From an uncultured Gemmatimonadales bacterium (GTDB lineage Bacteria > Gemmatimonadota > Gemmatimonadetes > Longimicrobiales > RSA9): 64,000 nucleotides of DNA. Made by a program: the position numbers and the translations under genes. Shown here in pieces: positions 36,113 to 44,375 of the stretch. The notes below the pieces were generated by a model. The model saw only the letters and a program-made list of their open reading frames with translations. It was not told where the DNA came from and did no database searches. The DNA is taken from assembly GCA_963783305.1 (NCBI GenBank), contig CAWAMW010000002.1, positions 480,001-544,000 of the forward strand. Direction: 5' to 3'. The stretch's first letter is position 1. The number at the start of each line of letters is the position of its first letter.

Positions 36113-36877
36113 CTACTCCCCCGTGGCCCGGAGCGTGAGGAGCCAGCGGCACTCGCGATCGAGATCGTCCAGGGAGCGGTAGCCCATGGTGCGGATGGGG
36201 CCGCCATCCAGGAGGATGCGGGCGCCGCGGTTGAGCCATGCGCCGGGAGCATCGCGGGCGACGTCGTCCAGGAGGAGTCTGAGGTTGGCCTGGCCCTGGT
36301 AAAGCATGCGGTCGCCCAGGCAGGAGAAGTCGAAGTGGCCAGGGTCGATGCGGAGGCGCCGGGCGGGGTCCTCGTAGTAGAGGTCCGCGTGGAACGACAG
36401 CTTCTGCTCGTCCCGGGTCCCCTCCACCGGCCGCTTCCTGCCGCCGATCTTGATGGGCAGCCCGGTGGTCATCATGATGGCCGCGCTGGCGGCGCGCTGG
36501 CTCCCGGTCGGGCCGGCCCCTTCCCTGGGCGCGGTCGTGGTAGTGACCGTGACCGCCGCCACGGCGACGAGGACCGGGGCGTCGGCCGGGAGCGCGCCGG
36601 CTGTCCGGACGGGCTCGGGCTCCGGCAGTCGCGGCAGGCTTCCCATCCGCGCCAGGCCGACGCGAACCCCCGCCGACGTGAGCGCATGCCCGAGCGAACG
36701 GGCGGCCGCTTCCGGGAGCCCCTCCGCCACGATCCCCCACGCGGACCGGGCTTCCAGCACCTGGTCCTGGACGGGCGTGCTCCGAGCCTCCGCCAGCGCC
36801 CGGGCGAGGTCCATGGGGTCGGCGTCGCGGTCGAGTTGGAGGAGCGCGAAGCGGTGGGCAGAATCTTCGTGGGTCAT
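36113..36877 (-). CDS. Hypothetical protein
   Basis: Coding-like ORF with GGAGG RBS, co-oriented with its neighbours. Confidence 0.6.
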   Translation of the reverse strand: MTHEDSAHRFALLQLDRDADPMDLARALAEARSTPVQDQVLEARSAWGIVAEGLPEAAARSLGHALTSAGVRVGLARMGSLPRLPEPEPVRTAGALPADAPVLVAVAAVTVTTTTAPREGAGPTGSQRAASAAIMMTTGLPIKIGGRKRPVEGTRDEQKLSFHADLYYEDPARRLRIDPGHFDFSCLGDRMLYQGQANLRLLLDDVARDAPGAWLNRGARILLDGGPIRTMGYRSLDDLDRECRWLLTLRATGE

Positions 36878-36944
36878 CACGCCTCCTGGCATGTCACTGA
36901 AAAGGGGCATGGAGCGCGCACAGCGCGGGGGGCCCGTGGGGGGA

Positions 36945-37337
36945 TCACCCTGCGCCAATCTGCTCCTCGAACAGCTCCCTGAGCGTGCGGGCGGGGTCGA
37001 GGGTGAGGCCGCTGTGGACGGGCGACGCCTGGATCACATCGGAGCGGGGGGCCGTGAGCCAGTAGAACCGTTCGGGTGGGCTCAACAGTGCGATCTCACC
37101 GGCCGATGCGTCTCCGTCGGCGATGGCCACGCACGACCGGAGGTAGCGGGCCAGAAGCTCGATGTCCGCGTCGGGCGCCAGCGCCCGCAGCCGGTCCTCG
37201 TCGGTGAGGGCGCGGAGGCCCACGAACTCCGCCGGCCGAGAGTGGAGTACCACGCCGACGTTCGCGAACGCCCCGGTATACGGATGCGGCACCACGCGCA
37301 GGAGCGCGAAGCTGTACGGCAGCCGTGGCGCACTCAT
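36945..37337 (-). CDS. DUF3037 domain protein
   Basis: YSFALLRVVP.....F.NVGVVL...ERFYWLTAPRS.VIQ.SPVH.G. Confidence 0.85.
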   Translation of the reverse strand: MSAPRLPYSFALLRVVPHPYTGAFANVGVVLHSRPAEFVGLRALTDEDRLRALAPDADIELLARYLRSCVAIADGDASAGEIALLSPPERFYWLTAPRSDVIQASPVHSGLTLDPARTLRELFEEQIGAG

Positions 37338-38161
37338 CGCCGGATCTCCAGGCGACGGGGTGGAGCCGCCAGCTTCTCGAGCCGAGCCACCTCCGCGGTC
37401 TCCACGAACGTCCGGGGTCCATCGAGCCGCTCCTCCAGGTAGCGGACGTAGCGGGCGCGGGCAGCGTCGGCGTCGGTGAAGTCGCCCCGGGCCAGCGGGT
37501 CCATGAGGAGAGAATCGGGAACGGCGGCCACGACCTCGCGCAGCACCTCGGCCGTGAGGCGCGGGGCCAGGCGAGCGTCCGCTTCCGGCAGCTTCTCCGC
37601 CAGCAGCAGGAGCACGTGGTCCTTGATCAGCGGGAACGGTGTGCGTGTCCGGTCGGTGTCCACGCTTCCCCACGCATGTTGGGCATACAGCGCCGAGCCG
37701 TGATCGATGAGCCACGGCCGCCGCTCCCAGACCAGCAGGTTCGGGTTCCGGGGGGTCCGGTCCGGGTTCGTCAGGTACGCGTCGAGCCAGACCACAGACG
37801 CGGCGAGATCAGCCTCTATCAGGTCGCCCGCCGCCCGGCCGTCGTAGTTGAATGCACCATCCAGGTAGCGGAGCCCCACGTTCGGTCCGCGGCTCGCCGC
37901 AAGCAGGTCACGGATTTCCGGGTCCGGCTCATCGGCGCCAAAAGGCGGCGGGACGTCCACCAGAGCCAGCGCCGGGAGGGGCAGCCCCAGCGCTTCCGCC
38001 ACGCCCCCCACAATGAGCTCGGCGATGAGGGCCCGCGGCCCCTGCCCCGCGCCGCGAAACTTTACCACGTACAGGCCGGCCTCCGTCTCTACCACGGCCG
38101 GCAGGGAGCCGCCCTCGCGGAGAGGCTGAAGGTAGCGGAGCGCTGTGAGCGTCGGGAGCAT
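37334..38161 (-). CDS. HipA-like kinase
   Basis: RY..PLREGGSLP, YVVKFRGAGQG...LIAE, N.DRT.RNPNLL, WLIDHG; 4-bp overlap with DUF3037. Confidence 0.85.
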   Translation of the reverse strand: MLPTLTALRYLQPLREGGSLPAVVETEAGLYVVKFRGAGQGPRALIAELIVGGVAEALGLPLPALALVDVPPPFGADEPDPEIRDLLAASRGPNVGLRYLDGAFNYDGRAAGDLIEADLAASVVWLDAYLTNPDRTPRNPNLLVWERRPWLIDHGSALYAQHAWGSVDTDRTRTPFPLIKDHVLLLLAEKLPEADARLAPRLTAEVLREVVAAVPDSLLMDPLARGDFTDADAARARYVRYLEERLDGPRTFVETAEVARLEKLAAPPRRLEIRR

Positions 38162-38280
38162 GGTCGTTCGAGTGCGAGCCGGAGTTCGAGCTGGACGGGC
38201 AAGATCGGGAGGAAGGCGGCGCGGGGAAAGGTGCGCGGCGCGCACGGAGAGGCCCGCAGCAGGGCACACCCGGGATGAAG

Positions 38281-38333
38281 TCAGCCCCGCCGTCCGGGAC
38301 CGATTCGGTCGTCGGTTCCTTACGGGGGGCTGA
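38281..38333. terminator. Hairpin downstream of the fasciclin gene
   Basis: TCAGCCCC...GGGGCTGA arms. Confidence 0.5.
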
Positions 38334-38377
38334 ACCCTTCGGTCCTTCGCTCACGCTGTTCGAGCGCGCGTCCGGCC

Positions 38378-38920
38378 CTACTGCGCCTTCGCTTTCATCG
38401 ACTCCGGCAGCACCACCGTGTCGATCACGTGGATCACCCCGTTCGACGCCTCCACGTTCGCCTGCACCACCGTGGCGTCATCCACCTTCACCTGGCCGTC
38501 GATAAACCGCACATTCAGCGACTCGCCCTGCACCGTCACCGGACGCACCTCCCCCGCGTCCACCACGTCCTTGGCCATCACCCTGCCCGACAGCACGTGG
38601 TACGTCAGCACCGCCGTCAGCGCCTCTTTGTCCTGCAGCAGCGCGGCCAGCGTCCCCTCCGGCAGCTTCGCGAAGGCGGCATCCGTCGGCGCAAACACCG
38701 TGAACGGGCCCTCCGAGCTCAACGTCTCCACCAGACCCGCCGCCGTCACCGCCTTCAGCAGCGTCTCGAAGCTACCCGCCTCCACCGCCACGTCCACGAT
38801 CGTCTTCTTCGCCATCGCCTCATCTCCCTTGTTGTGATACTGCGCCGCCGCCTCGGTCGGCGCGCCCAGGGCGGCCACCACGGCCACCGCCACTGCCATT
38901 GCCTTCAGCTCGTCGCGCAT
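38378..38920 (-). CDS. Secreted fasciclin (FAS1) domain protein
   Basis: GPFTVFAPTDAAF, VLTYHV, NGVIHVIDTV. Confidence 0.93.
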   Translation of the reverse strand: MRDELKAMAVAVAVVAALGAPTEAAAQYHNKGDEAMAKKTIVDVAVEAGSFETLLKAVTAAGLVETLSSEGPFTVFAPTDAAFAKLPEGTLAALLQDKEALTAVLTYHVLSGRVMAKDVVDAGEVRPVTVQGESLNVRFIDGQVKVDDATVVQANVEASNGVIHVIDTVVLPESMKAKAQ

Positions 38921-38954
38921 CTCGTCCTCCTGTTGCTCGAGTTCCATTCCGCCC

Positions 38955-39045
38955 GTTTGTATAGCCTTTGTACATGGACAGTACCCTGCGATGGCCCCTT
39001 TGTCAAGTGTTTGTACAGGCATGGTATTGACAATAGCTGTACAGG
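38955..39045. promoter_or_regulatory. CarH/LitR-type operator: 11-bp-spaced TnnACA repeats over divergent promoters
   Basis: TGTnnA at 38958/38969 and 39001/39012; TnnACA at 39027/39038; AT-rich stretch. Confidence 0.7.
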
Positions 39046-39061
39046 CTGCCACCGTTACTCC

Positions 39062-40015
39062 ATGAACGGAACAGACGACACACCACGGCACCCCATCGGC
39101 GTGGCCAGCACGCGCTCGGGCGTGAGCCCGGATTTGATTCGGGCGTGGGAGCGACGCTACGGTGCGACGGAGCCGGCGCGGGACGCGGCGGGACAGCGCC
39201 TGTACAGCGATGCGGACCTGGAGCGGCTGCGCCTGCTGCGTCTGGCGACGGAGGGGGGTCGAACCATCAGCCAGGTGGCGGGGCTCGATCAGGAGTCGCT
39301 GTCGGAGCTGGTGCGTGGGGACGAGGCGGCGCGGGCGGAACGAATCGCGGGCGGTACGGGCGCGGGCGGGGCGGGTGTCGGGGCGTCGCGGGAGGGGGAG
39401 GAGGTGGTGGCGGCGCTGGAGGCGCGAGCCCGGAGCCTGGACGGTGAGGGTCTGGAGGCGGCGTTGCGGGGGCGGCTGGTGGAGCTGGGCTTTGTGCGGT
39501 TCGTCGAAGAGGTGGCGGCGCCGCTGCTGCGGCGGTTGGGGGACGGGTGGCACGCGGGGGTGGTGACGCCGGCGCAGGAGCACCTTGCGACGGTGGCGGT
39601 GCGTCGGAGCCTGGAGGGGGCGCGGGAGGCGGCGCCGGCGGGGGGCGAGGAGCAGAGGGTGGTGGTGGTGGGGACGGTGGCCGGCGAGCGTCACGAGGCG
39701 GGAGCGTTGGCCGTGGCGGCGGCGGCCCGGCTGGCGGGGTGCCGGGTGGTCTACCTGGGAGTGGACCTGCCGGTGTCGGATCTGGCGGACGCGGCGCGGG
39801 CATCCGGAGCGGACGCGGTCTGCGTGAGCGGGACATACCGGTCATCGGGGGCGGGACCGGTGGAGCGGCTGCGGGCGCTGCGTGTGGCGCTCCCGGCGGC
39901 GGTAGAACTGTTCGCTGGGGGTGCGGCCGTGGCGGAGGCGCGGGAAGAGCTGGAGGGGCTGGGGATCCGGTGCCCGGCAGGGCTGGCGGCGTTGACCGCT
40001 GCGCTGCGGGAGTAG
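39062..40015 (+). CDS. carH: MerR-family cobalamin-binding regulator (CarH/LitR-like)
   Basis: IRAWERRYG, W-x9-EH (GDGWHAGVVTPAQEH), GERHEAG, VYLGVDLP. Confidence 0.85.
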   Translation: MNGTDDTPRHPIGVASTRSGVSPDLIRAWERRYGATEPARDAAGQRLYSDADLERLRLLRLATEGGRTISQVAGLDQESLSELVRGDEAARAERIAGGTGAGGAGVGASREGEEVVAALEARARSLDGEGLEAALRGRLVELGFVRFVEEVAAPLLRRLGDGWHAGVVTPAQEHLATVAVRRSLEGAREAAPAGGEEQRVVVVGTVAGERHEAGALAVAAAARLAGCRVVYLGVDLPVSDLADAARASGADAVCVSGTYRSSGAGPVERLRALRVALPAAVELFAGGAAVAEAREELEGLGIRCPAGLAALTAALRE

Positions 40016-40118
40016 ACGGCGGGGCCGCCGGAATCCGGGCGTCAGCCGGCCGCTATCCTTCTATCGGGCGCTGCGCCTGACGGGGCGACTATTCAAGGGG
40101 CGACGGAGGTCGATCGAC

Positions 40119-40649
40119 ATGCAGCTCAGCGAGGCGCAGGCGGATCTGCGGCGGGCATACGTGGACGGCGGTCCCGGCACCGTGATCTCCGGGCTGATCT
40201 GGATCGCTGCCGCCATGGCGCAGGCCCGGGAGGGTGTCGGGACCGGTTTCGCGGTCCTGTTCTTCGGGGGAATGCTGATCTTCCCGCTCAGCCTGCTGGT
40301 GAACCGCGCCCTGATCCGACGGGCCAGCGAAGCGACGGAGAACCCGTTCGGTCGGCTCGTGCTGGAGAGCACCGTCGCGATGATCGGGGGGCTATTCGCA
40401 GCGTGGCTCTTCCTGGGTCACGCCCCCCACCTCGTCATGCCGCTCGCGGCCCTCGCCGTCGGTGCGCACTACTTCGCGTTCAGGACCGCGTACGGCCTCC
40501 TGGTCTTCTGGGGCCTTGGCGGGGTGATCATGGCCATGAGCGTGGGGGCCATCTACGGGGTCCTTCCGATGGCCGGGTTTCTCGCGCTTGCTGTCGGCGT
40601 GGTGGAGATCGCCTTCGGGCTGGTCCTCACGGTCCGCGCGCTGATGTGA
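40119..40649 (+). CDS. Membrane protein (DUF7010-like)
   Basis: AQADLRRAY..GGPG..SG..W, NPFG.L, VGAHY..F...YG. Confidence 0.7.
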   Translation: MQLSEAQADLRRAYVDGGPGTVISGLIWIAAAMAQAREGVGTGFAVLFFGGMLIFPLSLLVNRALIRRASEATENPFGRLVLESTVAMIGGLFAAWLFLGHAPHLVMPLAALAVGAHYFAFRTAYGLLVFWGLGGVIMAMSVGAIYGVLPMAGFLALAVGVVEIAFGLVLTVRALM

Positions 40650-40748
40650 CGGGATGCAGTACCTGATCACCAACGTGGCCGGCGGATCCGCTGAAGGTGC
40701 GGTGCGTGGCTCCCTCGTAGGACCCGGCAGCGCGGCGGGCGGGCCCGA

Positions 40749-41213
40749 GTGACTTCCGGAGTCCCGGGTCGAGCGTCGGACACGCTGGGCCTCCGTCGCT
40801 ACGTGCTGGCTCGAACCGGCGTGCCGATCGGCGCCTCGGGCTCGCTCCGGAACATGCTCAGGCGTTCGCTGGGCGCCTCCAGCTTCGCCGGGTTCTGGCG
40901 GTACTGGAATCCGATCTGGGGCTACTATCTCGGCAGGTACGTCTTTCGACCGTCGAAGCGGCTGCTGCCGCGGGCACTTGCGGTGGTCGTGACGTTCACG
41001 GTGAGCGGCGCACTTCACGATCTTGCGACGTCGGCCGCGCGGGGGTCGGCTGCGTTCCTGTTCACCCCGTGGTTCTTCCTCATGAGTCTCGGACTGCTCC
41101 TGGGCGAGGCCCTGCACATGGACCTTTCCCACCAGCCGTGGATCTTCCGCGCGGCCACGAACCTCACGTACGCCGGCGTCTGCCTCTGGATCGCGCTGAT
41201 GCTGAAAATCTGA
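40749..41213 (+). CDS. Short MBOAT-like acyltransferase domain protein (paralog of 2541..3008)
   Basis: SLRNMLRRSLGASSFAGFWRYWNPIWGYYLG, SGALHD. Confidence 0.7.
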   Translation: MTSGVPGRASDTLGLRRYVLARTGVPIGASGSLRNMLRRSLGASSFAGFWRYWNPIWGYYLGRYVFRPSKRLLPRALAVVVTFTVSGALHDLATSAARGSAAFLFTPWFFLMSLGLLLGEALHMDLSHQPWIFRAATNLTYAGVCLWIALMLKI

Positions 41214-41386
41214 GTGACGCGCATTCGGCTCGGAGCGGCCGTGGTCGGCGCGATCTCAGCTGTTGGAACTGCGTCGCGCGATGATCGGCGCCATGATCGG
41301 AGCATTGACAATGGCGTGTTCAGACGCGATCGAGAGGAGTAGCGGCCGTGAGCGGCGGCGCTCCTCCCCCCCTCCAAGACAGACCG

Positions 41387-44299
41387 GTGAACAAGCCTCT
41401 CGATCCCGACCGTTGGGCCCGTGTCGAAGCGCTGTTTGAAGAAGCCATGGCGCGTCCCGCCGCACAGCGCGCCGCCTTCCTTGCCCGGACGTGCGGCGAC
41501 GACCTCGACCTGCTGGAGGAGGTGAAGAGCCTCGTAGTCGCTGCGGGTGCCGGAATAACTGAGCGCCTCAAGATCGTGGATCGCGTCGCCGACGATCTCA
41601 TGGCCGCGACGGGCGCCACGGCGGTCGGGCAGCGGCTCGGGCCGTATGTGCTCGAGGAGGAGGTCGGCCGGGGCGGCATGGGCGTGGTCTATCGCGCCGT
41701 CCGCGCGGACGACGCGTTCGACCAGACGGTGGCGGTGAAGGTGCTCCCCGGCGCTCTCTTCAGTGCCGGGGCGACGGCCCGATTCAGCAACGAGCGGCGC
41801 ATCCTGGCGGGGCTACAACACCCGAACATCGCCCGACTCCTCGACGGAGGGAGCACGCCCGCCGGCGTTCCATACGTGATCATGGAATACGCCGATGGCG
41901 TTCCGGTCGACCGCTTCGCGAACGAGGAAGGGCTGGGGCTGGAGGCGCGCATCCGGCTCTTCCTCGCGCTCTGCGAAGCGGTGCACTACGCTCACCGAAA
42001 CCTGGTGGTCCACCGGGACCTCAAGCCGTCCAACATCCTGGTCACCAGCGACGGCGCGCCCAAGCTCCTGGACTTCGGTATCGCGAAGCTGATGGAGCCG
42101 GGTGATGAGCCGGCCGCTCCACTGCCCACGGCGACGCGGCTGATGACGCCGGGCTTCGCGAGCCCCGAGCAGCTACTGGGCGAGCGCATCGGGATCGCGA
42201 CCGACGTGTATAGCCTGGGCCTCCTCCTCTACCTGTTGCTTGCCGGCGTCGACGCCCGGGCCGCGGCTGTCCCCGGCGGCCGTGGGACCGGCGTTTCCGA
42301 CGGGGACCCCGATGCCACGCCCTCCAGCCCGAGCCACGCGGAGCTGATCCGATGGGTCATGGAGGAGGAGCCGGTCGCCCCCAGCGTAGCCGCTGCGGAC
42401 CCCCGGCTCCGAGGCGATCTCGATACCATCGTGCTCGAGGCCCTTCGGCGCGACCCGGAGGACCGCTACGAGTCGGTCCGTGCCCTCGCCGACGACCTGG
42501 AGCGCTACCTGGCCGGCAAGCCGATCCGGGCTCGGCCGCCGACGGTCGGCTATCGCGCCCGTAAGTTCGTCAGGCGGAACCGCGCCCCGCTCTTCGCGGC
42601 CGCTGCCGCCGTCCTCCTGCTGGCGACGCAGACCGGCGTATTCATGAACCGGCTGGCACAGGAGCGTGATCTCGCCCGACGCGAAGCGGGGCGGGCGAAC
42701 CAGACTCTGGAGTTCCTGACGGACATGTTCCGTGGGGCCGATCCCTTCGTGTCCGCGCAGCCAGACCTGAGTGCGGCCGAGCTTCTGGCACGCGGCACGA
42801 GCCGGCTGGAAGAGCAACTGGCGGCGCAGCCCGCCGTGCAGGCCGAGATCCTCGATGTGGTCGGCACGGTCTATGAAAATCTGGGCATGCTGGACAGCGC
42901 CCGCGCCGTCCTCGAGCGGAGCCTGGCCGTGCGGGAGGCGACGTTCGGGCCCGAAACACCCGAGACCGCCCTGGGGATTTCGAGGCTCGGCGGCGTCTTC
43001 CTCCGACTGGACGACGTCGACCGCGCCGACTCCCTCCTGCTCCGATCCCTGTCCATCCGTCAGGCGACGCTCCCGGCCAACCACGCCGACATCGCCGCCG
43101 ACATCGGCCAGCGCGCGCACCTCGCCCACCGCGCCGGGGATCCCGCCGCCGCCGACACCCTCTATGCCGCCGCGGTGGCGATCATGGAGGACCCGGCCGA
43201 GCCCCGGGACCCCCTTCGGGCCACGCTCCTGAGCAACTACGGAGTCCTCCTGACGGAAATGGACCGCCTGGAGGAGGCCGAGACGACGCTGAGAGCCGCG
43301 TTGGCCCTGGAGCGCGGGCTCTACGGCGACAGGCACCCCCAGGTGGCCGTCACGCTCAACCACCTCGCACGGGTCCGCTACGTCGCCGGTGACCTGAGTG
43401 AGGCGCTGACGCTCTTCCAGGAGCTGCTCGCGTGGGCGCCGGACGTGCTGGGCGACGAGCATCCGTTCGTCACGACCTGGCGCGCCAACCTGTCCGCGGT
43501 GCTGAAGGACCTCGGCCGCAACGAGGAGGCCCTCGAGATCCAGGAGCGCGTCCTCGAGCAGCGGCGGCGGCAGTACGGCGAGGTCAGCGGCGAGATGGGG
43601 GTGGCGCTGAACAACATCGCCAATCTGTACGGCAACCTCGGTCGGTTCGATGAGGCGGAGGCGGCGCTCCAGCAGGCGCTCGACACCTACCGCGCCTTGT
43701 ACGGTGGTGACACTCCGGCCGTGACCACGAGCCTCAACAACCTCGCGACGCTCATCTGGCGGCGCGGCGACTACACACGGGCCGCCGCACTGCAGGAACG
43801 GGTGCTCGACATGGACCGTCGCCAGCTGGGGCCCACCCACGAGTACGTCGCCACGGACCTCACCGCCCTGGGACAGTACTACCTTTACGCGGGCCGCCTC
43901 GAGGAAGCCGTCGACCGGCTGAGGGAGGGCTACGAGCTCATCCGCGAGGTCCGCGGCCTCGACAATCCCAACACCGCCAACGCCGCCGCGAGCTACGCCG
44001 ACGCCCTCATCGCCACGGGCCGACCCCACGAAGCGGAGGCGCTGGCCCGCCAGTCGCTGGAGACCCGGCTGACGACCTTCGGCGAGGAGCACGCCACCGT
44101 GGCGCTGTCGCGTTCGACCCTCGGCGCCGCACTCGCGCTCCGCGGCGAGTTGGCCGAGGCCGAGGCCGAGCTCACCCGCGCACGTGACCTCATGGCGAGC
44201 TCCGTCCTCGAAGACGATCCAGCACGACTGCGCAACGACGAGCGGTTGGCGGCGCTGTACCAGTCCATGGGACACACGCCCCCTTCCGCTCAGCTGTGA
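41387..44299 (+). CDS. Hanks-type Ser/Thr kinase with TM segment and TPR repeats
   Basis: GRGGMGVVY, VAVK, HRDLKPSN, DFG, TPGFASPE; many TPRs; start could be 41348. Confidence 0.95.
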   Translation: MNKPLDPDRWARVEALFEEAMARPAAQRAAFLARTCGDDLDLLEEVKSLVVAAGAGITERLKIVDRVADDLMAATGATAVGQRLGPYVLEEEVGRGGMGVVYRAVRADDAFDQTVAVKVLPGALFSAGATARFSNERRILAGLQHPNIARLLDGGSTPAGVPYVIMEYADGVPVDRFANEEGLGLEARIRLFLALCEAVHYAHRNLVVHRDLKPSNILVTSDGAPKLLDFGIAKLMEPGDEPAAPLPTATRLMTPGFASPEQLLGERIGIATDVYSLGLLLYLLLAGVDARAAAVPGGRGTGVSDGDPDATPSSPSHAELIRWVMEEEPVAPSVAAADPRLRGDLDTIVLEALRRDPEDRYESVRALADDLERYLAGKPIRARPPTVGYRARKFVRRNRAPLFAAAAAVLLLATQTGVFMNRLAQERDLARREAGRANQTLEFLTDMFRGADPFVSAQPDLSAAELLARGTSRLEEQLAAQPAVQAEILDVVGTVYENLGMLDSARAVLERSLAVREATFGPETPETALGISRLGGVFLRLDDVDRADSLLLRSLSIRQATLPANHADIAADIGQRAHLAHRAGDPAAADTLYAAAVAIMEDPAEPRDPLRATLLSNYGVLLTEMDRLEEAETTLRAALALERGLYGDRHPQVAVTLNHLARVRYVAGDLSEALTLFQELLAWAPDVLGDEHPFVTTWRANLSAVLKDLGRNEEALEIQERVLEQRRRQYGEVSGEMGVALNNIANLYGNLGRFDEAEAALQQALDTYRALYGGDTPAVTTSLNNLATLIWRRGDYTRAAALQERVLDMDRRQLGPTHEYVATDLTALGQYYLYAGRLEEAVDRLREGYELIREVRGLDNPNTANAAASYADALIATGRPHEAEALARQSLETRLTTFGEEHATVALSRSTLGAALALRGELAEAEAELTRARDLMASSVLEDDPARLRNDERLAALYQSMGHTPPSAQL

Positions 44300-44375
44300 C
44301 CGCCGCGCCCTCTGCGGCAACATCTCGGCGGGTCGCCCGAAGACGGCCCGCCGGAGAAGTCGCACGCGCGGGTCC

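Noticed and set aside
38429..39694. Long overlapping ORFs 38378..39694 (-) and 38429..40015 (+)
   Set aside because: Upstream extensions are antisense shadows; the real starts are 38920 and 39062, with an operator region between them
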